Shown piece after piece: positions 56,833-63,110 of a stretch of DNA of 63,110 nt. The stretch's first letter is position 1, and the number at the start of each line of letters is the position of its first letter. Origin of the DNA: Lachnospiraceae bacterium (GTDB lineage: Bacteria > Bacillota > Clostridia > Lachnospirales > Lachnospiraceae); contig JAFXVI010000010.1 in NCBI GenBank assembly GCA_017524595.1, forward strand, positions 1-63,110. The letters run 5' to 3'. The position numbers and the translations under genes were made by a program. The notes beneath the pieces are model-generated. The model searched no databases, was not told the DNA's origin, and saw only the letters and a program-made list of their open reading frames with translations.

Positions 56833-57483
56833 ATGAACAGAGAACAGCTATTGTCACACGTCGACCATACCCTGTTAAAACCCGAGTCTACATGGGAGCA
56901 GATCCGGCAATTATGTGAAGATGCCATCAGCTACAAAACAGCATCCGTATGTGTACCTCCCTGCTATGTAAGGCGTATACATGATACATATAAAGACAGG
57001 ATAAATATCTGCACGGTCATAGGCTTCCCTTTGGGTTACTGTGTTACCGAAGCGAAGGAATGCGAGGCACGAAAAGCCATAGAAGACGGAGCTTGTGAGA
57101 TCGACATGGTCGTAAACATCTGCGAAGTCAAAAATGGCAATTGGGATTTTGTCAAAGATGAGATAAGGGCTGTTAAGGAAGCATGCGGCGGACATATCCT
57201 CAAGGTAATAATCGAAACCTGCTATTTAAGTGAGTCTGAAAAGATCCGGTTATGCAGGATAGTTACTGATGCCGGAGCCGATTATATCAAGACTTCTACA
57301 GGTTTCGGAACTGCAGGTGCAACTCACGAAGACATCCGTCTTTTCAGGGAGAATATCGGACCCTATGTCAAAATAAAAGCCGCAGGCGGGATAACGACGA
57401 TCGATGATATGGAGCAGTATCTTGAAGAGGGTTGCGACCGTATAGGTACAAGCAGGGCTGTAGGTTTGTTGAAAAATTCCTGA
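56833..57483 (+). CDS. deoC: Deoxyribose-phosphate aldolase
   Basis: 216 aa from ATG 56833 (GGAGAG upstream). IDHTLLKPEST, VCVPP, DMVVN and the Schiff-base lysine context DYIKTSTGF. Confidence 0.9.
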   Translation: MNREQLLSHVDHTLLKPESTWEQIRQLCEDAISYKTASVCVPPCYVRRIHDTYKDRINICTVIGFPLGYCVTEAKECEARKAIEDGACEIDMVVNICEVKNGNWDFVKDEIRAVKEACGGHILKVIIETCYLSESEKIRLCRIVTDAGADYIKTSTGFGTAGATHEDIRLFRENIGPYVKIKAAGGITTIDDMEQYLEEGCDRIGTSRAVGLLKNS

Positions 57484-57645
57484 TCCTGACAGTTATTCAG
57501 ACTGATCAGTATCTGATACAGAATTTCCGAGTCAATTTTTTTAAATTTTATTTAGATATTTCGCCGCATATTGTGTTAAAATATTTACAGAGAGTGTAAA
57601 CCCAGTTATTAACCGTTTTGTTTCTGTTTTAGGAGTGTGAAGCGT

Positions 57646-58155
57646 ATGTTCAAGGTAAATGATATGGTTGTTTACGGTAATCAGGGAGTATGCGAAATAG
57701 TTAATATCGGGACTCTGTCTATGTCCATGGTTGACAAGAAAAAACAATACTACACTCTCCGTCCTATATATAAGAGAGAAGCCGCTGTATATGTACCGGT
57801 AGATAATGTTACTGCAGTGATGAGGCCTGTAATATCAAAGAAGGAGGCCGAACAGCTCATAAAGCGTATACCGGACATTGAACATGCCTGGATAGTCAAT
57901 GAGCAGGAGCGCGAAGAACAGTACAAATCTGCTCTTCGTACCTGTGACTGCGAAGAACTGGTAAAGATAATCAAGACTCTGTTCAAACGAAAGAAATCAC
58001 GGATAGACAACGGTAAAAAGGCTACCGTCGTGGACGAGCGGTATTTTAAGCAGGCTGAAAATCAATTATATGAGGAACTGGCCTACGCTCTTGATATAGA
58101 CAAAAATGAAGTCGGAGATTTTATCGCAAAGAGTATAACCAAGGCCACGGTATAA
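57646..58155 (+). CDS. CarD/CdnL-family RNA-polymerase-binding regulator
   Basis: MFKVNDMVVYGNQGVCEIVNIG is the Tudor-like CarD_CdnL_TRCF N-domain. ATG 57646 lies 10 nt after AGGAG. Confidence 0.85.
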   Translation: MFKVNDMVVYGNQGVCEIVNIGTLSMSMVDKKKQYYTLRPIYKREAAVYVPVDNVTAVMRPVISKKEAEQLIKRIPDIEHAWIVNEQEREEQYKSALRTCDCEELVKIIKTLFKRKKSRIDNGKKATVVDERYFKQAENQLYEELAYALDIDKNEVGDFIAKSITKATV

Positions 58156-58163
58156 TATGCGTT

Positions 58164-59078
58164 CTATAACATCAGATCATCAAAGTAATCCTTATCCGTG
58201 TGTCTGCACTCTTCCATAAGGAATGCTTTCATTTGCGCATGGCGATCACCCATAAGGCTTAGCACAGCCTCGAGATTGCCACTATGTATCGCGCCTGTAT
58301 CAAGCATCATACGGTAATACTCCCTGTCATCACCATGGCGTTTGAGCAGTACCCGTATTGCCGCCTCTGACTCACAGCCGGCTGTATGCTCCATAATATA
58401 TTCACGCAACGGCTTCTTATCCTCCTCATAAAGAGCAACATCATTGACCAGCCTCAGCATACATAGTGACGACTTCTTTTCACGGTTATATTCAAGATAC
58501 TCTTCATAATCAAAATGCAGATCCTCTTCACCGCATAATACATACAGATGATATCCCTCATCATCCTTCAGGCTCAGGATGTGAGCCAGCCTCGTATCCC
58601 ATTTACGAAGCCATTCAGGATCTCCCGAATGTTCTGTATCAAGAAGATACTCGGCATCCATTATGACAGGCGCCGCAGCCATAAGTTTTGAAACCATTAA
58701 TGATCCGGTTTCATCCATATCTTTGGGTTCCGGAGCAGGATCAAATACCATGATCTCATTCAGCTTATCATCGTTCTTAAATACGCCCTTGCCAAATCCG
58801 ACCTTCCCGCGCGGTATCCTGATCCGTATGAGATTATCACAGAAAGCAAAAGCCCATTCTCCTATCGATGATACTGTACCGGGCAGATGCACATACCTTA
58901 ATCCCTTACAGCCCAAAAATGCTTTCTTTCCTATAACATGCACAGGATATCCGTCAATCTTTTCAGGAATGATCACCTCGTTAAGCTTCTTATCCGCATC
59001 GGTTATGACTGCATATCTCTGTCCGTCCGTATCCCTGATCTCATAATAAAGTTTTAGTCTGTCATCATAATAATTCAT
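58164..59078 (-). CDS. Cytoplasmic leucine-rich-repeat (BspA/LRR_5-type) protein with an unassigned helical C-domain
   Basis: 304 aa with no signal peptide. IPEKIDGYPVHVIGKKAFLGCKGLRYVHLPGTVSSIGEWAFAFCDNLIRIRIP amounts to 2-3 LRR_5 repeats. I do not recognise the C-terminal ~190 aa. Confidence 0.65.
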   Translation of the reverse strand: MNYYDDRLKLYYEIRDTDGQRYAVITDADKKLNEVIIPEKIDGYPVHVIGKKAFLGCKGLRYVHLPGTVSSIGEWAFAFCDNLIRIRIPRGKVGFGKGVFKNDDKLNEIMVFDPAPEPKDMDETGSLMVSKLMAAAPVIMDAEYLLDTEHSGDPEWLRKWDTRLAHILSLKDDEGYHLYVLCGEEDLHFDYEEYLEYNREKKSSLCMLRLVNDVALYEEDKKPLREYIMEHTAGCESEAAIRVLLKRHGDDREYYRMMLDTGAIHSGNLEAVLSLMGDRHAQMKAFLMEECRHTDKDYFDDLML

Positions 59079-59104
59079 ATATACCGACCGTCAAAATGTT
59101 CTGA

Positions 59105-59671
59105 TCATCTGTCATGCGATGATATAAGCAGAAGTGATCCTTCCTCCTTAAGCCACTTGCGGCACAGCTTATAGTCAGGTATAACAGAACCCACCAGCTC
59201 CCAGAAATGCGGCGAATGGTTCATCTCCCTGCGATGACACAGTTCATGCACGATTACGTAATCCCGCACTCGCTCAGGTACTTTCATGAGCATACAGTTA
59301 AAACTGAGGTTCCCTTTTGAGCTGCAGCTCCCCCAGAGTGTCTTCTGGTTCCGTATTGTGACCCTTCCGTATGTGACACCTATGATCTTCGCATAACGTT
59401 CAACTTCAACAGGTATCACCCTTAATGCTTCTTCCGTAATGATCCGAAGTTCCCGCAGATCAAGAGGGCGGACATCTTTCCTTTTCTCGTTCCTTTTCTT
59501 CGCCTTTTCAATATGCTTCTCTATCCAGCTGTTCTTATCATTCACAAACCGCCTTATCTCATACAACGGAACCCTCATGGGCGCCCTGACGACAAGCCTG
59601 GCATTACTGTCGATCTCTATAGATATTGTTTTACGTCTGCTTCGGATTATCCTATAGTCTGTGATCATCAT
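59105..59671 (-). CDS. DUF45/YgjP-type zinc metallopeptidase-fold protein (M48-like)
   Basis: 188 aa from ATG 59671. WGSCSSKGNLSFN and VIVHELCHRREMNHSPHFW (intact HExxH...H) are the family hallmark. The start codon lies 1 nt after the stop of the ATPase gene. Confidence 0.8.
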   Translation of the reverse strand: MMITDYRIIRSRRKTISIEIDSNARLVVRAPMRVPLYEIRRFVNDKNSWIEKHIEKAKKRNEKRKDVRPLDLRELRIITEEALRVIPVEVERYAKIIGVTYGRVTIRNQKTLWGSCSSKGNLSFNCMLMKVPERVRDYVIVHELCHRREMNHSPHFWELVGSVIPDYKLCRKWLKEEGSLLLISSHDR

Positions 59672-59672
59672 G

Positions 59673-61211
59673 TTATTCTTTCGGGATCTCAAGCAAGCCG
59701 GCAATTTCTTCCTTCAGTACTGCGTTACGTTCATCCAGCATCATCTCATCCTTGTACTTCATATATTCATCACATCCATATCGCGCTATGAATCTTGAAG
59801 TGTACGAATTAACGGTCATTTCTGTCACGAGTATCAGCATCTCGTTTCCGTTCTTATAAGCCCTTGAAGCAAAATCAAACAGATTCTTCAGTTCTTTTCC
59901 CACTTCATCGCTTTGATCCTTAACAGCAGCTATCCCGGCATTATACAGCTCCCTTATGACCTCAAATGGTTCATCCGACATAACAGCTTCCTTATAGGCT
60001 CCTTCAAGGAATCTTATACATGATCTCTTTATACGCTCATTCTCTCTGGACAGTGCAGATGCTTTTCGAAGCGATTTAAGATCTCCTCTCAGCTTCCCGA
60101 TCATATTAAGCATCGCAGATAATACATCTTCATCCGTATCATCATCATTTCCGTTAAGTTCCGGCGCCGGCTGTGATTTTACCTTAAGCTGTTTTAACAG
60201 TGGATTTAATTCCTTCAGATAATCCGCATCATTAAGATTGGTTCTTACATCTGAGATCACACGATCCATTAACATTGACAGCAATGAGAGTCTCTCATCA
60301 AAGCCGGCTGATTCTGCTCTTGTACATATCTCATCCGAAACGCTTCCAAGCAGGATCTCCTCTACATGATAATCTCTCTTATACTTATTATACAGCTCAT
60401 AATACGCTGCATACTCCCTGACAACAGCTTCATTACGGATATACTGATCTATCAGTGTATCATCAACCGGCATTCCCGCGTTTTCATACAGCTTAAGTAT
60501 CTCAGACAGATCCTCCCAGCCTCTGGCCGTAACATAAGACCGGCCGTTTACGGTATTTTCGATCAAATAAAAGTATTCTCTCTTCAGGTCAAGAAAGCTT
60601 ATTATGGATGGATGCACACTGTTCTCAAGAGCATACTCCTTCCACACCTTATAGTCAGCCTCGACATTCATTATCTTGAGCCTGTCCATGACCGCAACGT
60701 CAAACTCACGTACCGCCCTGTTAAACTCAGGCGGATTGCCGGCCGTTACTATAACCCAGCCCTCAGGAACCTGATGACGTCCGAACACCTTGTATTGCAG
60801 GAACTGAAGCATTGACGGAGCCAGCGTCTCGGATACACAGTTTATCTCATCAAGGAAAAGAATGCCTTCTTTGATATTTGTCTCACGCATGGTTTCATAT
60901 ATGGAAGCAATGATCTCACTCATCGTATATTCCGTCACGTCATATTCCATGCCATCATATTCTTCATGTTTGATGAACGGAAGGCCGATAGCCGACTGCC
61001 TTGTATGGTGCGTCATGGAATATGACACCAGCGCTATCCCAAGCTCCTGGGCTATCTGTTCCATCACGGCTGTCTTACCCACACCGGGTGCCCCCAGCAG
61101 AAATACCGGCCGCTGCCTTACGACAGGGATAATATATTCCCCGAACTCTCCCTTTGTAAGATAAAGGCGTACCGTCTGTTTGATATAATCCTTCGCCTGT
61201 TGTATATTCAT
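59673..61211 (-). CDS. MoxR-like AAA_5 ATPase with a long helical C-terminal extension
   Basis: 512 aa. [19 protein letters not shown] (Walker A), GILFLDEINC (Walker B), VIVTAGNP (sensor 1). The C-terminal ~250 aa are helical and unassigned. Confidence 0.8.
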   Translation of the reverse strand: MNIQQAKDYIKQTVRLYLTKGEFGEYIIPVVRQRPVFLLGAPGVGKTAVMEQIAQELGIALVSYSMTHHTRQSAIGLPFIKHEEYDGMEYDVTEYTMSEIIASIYETMRETNIKEGILFLDEINCVSETLAPSMLQFLQYKVFGRHQVPEGWVIVTAGNPPEFNRAVREFDVAVMDRLKIMNVEADYKVWKEYALENSVHPSIISFLDLKREYFYLIENTVNGRSYVTARGWEDLSEILKLYENAGMPVDDTLIDQYIRNEAVVREYAAYYELYNKYKRDYHVEEILLGSVSDEICTRAESAGFDERLSLLSMLMDRVISDVRTNLNDADYLKELNPLLKQLKVKSQPAPELNGNDDDTDEDVLSAMLNMIGKLRGDLKSLRKASALSRENERIKRSCIRFLEGAYKEAVMSDEPFEVIRELYNAGIAAVKDQSDEVGKELKNLFDFASRAYKNGNEMLILVTEMTVNSYTSRFIARYGCDEYMKYKDEMMLDERNAVLKEEIAGLLEIPKE

Positions 61212-62488
61212 GATAAAATCTCATCCTCCATAAGTTCTACTCTTATTCCCCACCACGGAACTTCAGGTTTCATCTCGTCTTTTCTGACAAACACAAACAT
61301 ACAGTCATAATCAGGAGCCTTTCCCGGATAGATTCCGTAACCGTCCGTGAAGTAGATAAGTCCCTTAAAGTTCTCAAATTCACCGTCATTTATAAGTAAG
61401 TCCACATAATCAAATGCAGGTCTGAAATCTGTGCCGCCATAACCCGACAATCTGGCGTGAGCTATAAAATCGTCAAAATCCTTATCGCTTTCTATCTTCG
61501 TATCGGAACGCACTTCATTATCGCACTGGATGATATGCACATTTATCTTACTCGAAAAACTCTCGGTGTTTTTAAGTATATCATAAGTCTTCTTTAGAAA
61601 AGATCTTATAACCGCACCCATGCATGAGGCAGAAGTATCAAGCACTATGGCAAAATCCTTTACTCTTTTTTCATCCTTGAATTCCAGAGGCTCGATGAGC
61701 GGCATGTTACCGTAATGTTCAAGACCGTATGTATAATAAATATAATCAAATTCTTCGTCATTAATCCTGAGTTCCTCGCTCATAACCGTAAACTGTTCGA
61801 GGAGTCTCTTATAATCATACTTCTTCTTAGTAACATCGACAAGGTTTTTAATAAGGCTCTCCGAATGAGATGAAACCTTAGAAAAAGTTCCAAGATCCGT
61901 CTTTATCCTCTCGCTTATCTTTTTCCATGCCTGTTCGGATATTTCGTAGTTTTCGAGCTTGCGCCAATAGATATGCCGGTCCTGTTCAAACAGCCCGGTA
62001 AACTTAAGCCTGTCAGCCTTCGATAAGGGATTTACGAGGAAATACTTATATAGCCTTTCTGCCGTAAGCTGTTTCACTTCTGTCTGTATGCCACGAAGAA
62101 GCTGCCTCCTGTCACTGTCGTCATGAAGAGAAAAAGCAGGCACATCAAGCTCCATTATGATATTTTCAACAGCTATATCGCAGGACAGATCCCATTTATC
62201 TTCTTCCAACTTATCATAATTAAACGAGTGGTTAAAAACACAGTGAAGCAGTGAATGCAGCAGCATGCGCGTCACCGCATTCCCATCTTCAAGACAGGCC
62301 CTGAGCAGATGAGGGCTGTCATAATAAAAATGCTCTCCATCAGTCGCTACTCCGAATAATCCGGTCTTTTCCTCTGTACGGAGTCTCCCCAGTGCAACAT
62401 CCATAAAACGCATATTTACTATTATAGTATCAGATGCCAGATGAAGCAGCTCTGAAGCTTTCTGTGAAATCTGTTTGTCTCTATCCAA
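61208..62488 (-). CDS. DUF2201-type protein: putative-metallopeptidase N-domain (degenerate HxxxH) + vWA-like C-domain
   Basis: 426 aa. The N-domain has ATDGEHFYYDSPHL...MLLHSLLHCVFNH. The C-domain has AIVLDTSASC (MIDAS-like DxSxS) and IYFTDGYG. TTG start follows GGGGG. The stop overlaps the ATPase start as ATGA at 61208-61211. Confidence 0.75.
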   Translation of the reverse strand: MDRDKQISQKASELLHLASDTIIVNMRFMDVALGRLRTEEKTGLFGVATDGEHFYYDSPHLLRACLEDGNAVTRMLLHSLLHCVFNHSFNYDKLEEDKWDLSCDIAVENIIMELDVPAFSLHDDSDRRQLLRGIQTEVKQLTAERLYKYFLVNPLSKADRLKFTGLFEQDRHIYWRKLENYEISEQAWKKISERIKTDLGTFSKVSSHSESLIKNLVDVTKKKYDYKRLLEQFTVMSEELRINDEEFDYIYYTYGLEHYGNMPLIEPLEFKDEKRVKDFAIVLDTSASCMGAVIRSFLKKTYDILKNTESFSSKINVHIIQCDNEVRSDTKIESDKDFDDFIAHARLSGYGGTDFRPAFDYVDLLINDGEFENFKGLIYFTDGYGIYPGKAPDYDCMFVFVRKDEMKPEVPWWGIRVELMEDEILS

Positions 62489-62533
62489 TCAATAACCCCC
62501 ATACAATACTGTTCTTTATTACCCGGGTATCTA

Positions 62534-62567
62534 ATAACAGAAAAGCAGATGTCCCTTACATCTGCTT
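62534..62567 (-). terminator. Rho-independent terminator after the TetR/small-membrane-protein unit
   Basis: AAGCAGATGT-5 nt-ACATCTGCTT, followed on the minus strand by TTTTCTGTTAT. Confidence 0.7.
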
Positions 62568-62634
62568 CCCATCATCCTGGTATAGATCCCGTTCTCAAAA
62601 GGATCCCCTCACCCTTAGAGAACGATCACTGTAT

Positions 62635-62844
62635 TTAATATCCGCGCTCCTCGAAATTATTCTGATACCTCTGCAGCTGTATCACAATGATCGAAAGCAC
62701 GAACAAAACACCGAATACAACGCTCATGGTCTCTGCGAACGGGTTCGCATGCACCATGCATATCAGCAGCCCTATCACCAAAGCTAATCCGCAGATCTCG
62801 CTTCCCTTCATGATAAGCCGTATAGTCTGACCCGATAATCTCAT
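62635..62844 (-). CDS. Small two-TM membrane protein (69 aa)
   Basis: ATG preceded by GGGGGGAGAGAG. Two hydrophobic helices. It starts 31 nt downstream of the TetR-like gene. Confidence 0.55.
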   Translation of the reverse strand: MRLSGQTIRLIMKGSEICGLALVIGLLICMVHANPFAETMSVVFGVLFVLSIIVIQLQRYQNNFEERGY

Positions 62845-62875
62845 TATCTCTCTCCCCCCTGAGCCTTTATATTTC

Positions 62876-63110
62876 TTATATAACGCTCAAAAAACCCTCA
62901 TAAGCCTTTGTAAGCATTTCTTCAATTTCATCCTGCTGCATGCTTACACGATTACTCGTCACCAATGTGGCAACACCATGTGTGAACATCCACACCATCC
63001 TGAACACTTCCTTCTTCTTATCAGAGCTTAGCTTTTCAGTCTTTGGAAGTTTCTCCAACAGCTCTTTGCAGTCCCCCTGCTGAAGGAATTCATGGATATC
63101 GCCGGTATCA
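62876..63110 (-). CDS. TetR/AcrR-family regulator, C-terminal ligand-binding part only (5' end outside the window)
   Basis: The frame is open from the window edge (DTGDIHEFLQQGDCKELLEKLPK...). FRMVWMFTHGVATLV resembles the conserved helix of TetR C-domains. The M in the ORF track is an internal TTG. Confidence 0.6.
   Translation of the reverse strand, partial: DTGDIHEFLQQGDCKELLEKLPKTEKLSSDKKKEVFRMVWMFTHGVATLVTSNRVSMQQDEIEEMLTKAYEGFLSVI

Noticed and set aside
1-63110. A search for CRISPR arrays, rRNA/tRNA genes, transposases, integrases, long direct or inverted repeats, and toxin-antitoxin pairs.
   Set aside because: I could identify none by eye. The only repeats found are the short ones reported above: the TATTGT array, the 12-mer tandem repeat, and the CIRCE and terminator palindromes.

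Overview
This 63.1-kb chromosomal segment looks like a Clostridia (Lachnospiraceae-like) genome. Supporting signs are strong GGAGG-type ribosome-binding sites, frequent TTG/GTG starts, CIRCE operators, a class-3 fructose bisphosphatase and chemotaxis genes. I count about 50 CDS, roughly 85% on the minus strand. I saw no rRNA, tRNA, CRISPR array, transposase or integrase. The housekeeping backbone is pcrA (partial), dapA-dapB, fbp, a class A PBP, htpG, glnS, valS, clpB, deoC, mscL and glgX.

Non-routine content, in rough order of interest:
1. A tightly coupled four-gene cassette at 58164-62488: a degenerate-peptidase/vWA protein, a MoxR-like AAA_5 ATPase, an intact HExxH DUF45 peptidase and a cytoplasmic LRR protein. 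I cannot assign it to a described system.
2. A three-gene operon at 7243-11177 coupling a membrane-anchored GH25 muramidase to an orphan PilC/GspF-type platform protein and a large membrane-anchored protein. A SARP-type regulator with a degenerate GGDEF domain and an HTH-less LacI-fold sensor follow at 4190-7120.
3. The largest non-coding gap (36132-36586) holds a consensus promoter, about 240 nt with no credible ORF, and a strong terminator. This is a candidate unclassified ncRNA or leader. Phased TATTGT repeats lie upstream of it.
4. c-di-GMP genes are unusually dense. glgX is sandwiched between two diguanylate cyclases, one of them inside a hybrid kinase whose H-box His is Asp. A Y_Y_Y-propeller HD-GYP protein sits behind a GH43 gene.
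5. Near-perfect CIRCE operators lie in front of htpG and clpB. The clpB leader also carries a terminator-like hairpin.

All calls come from reading the sequence and from remembered family signatures. No searches were run.
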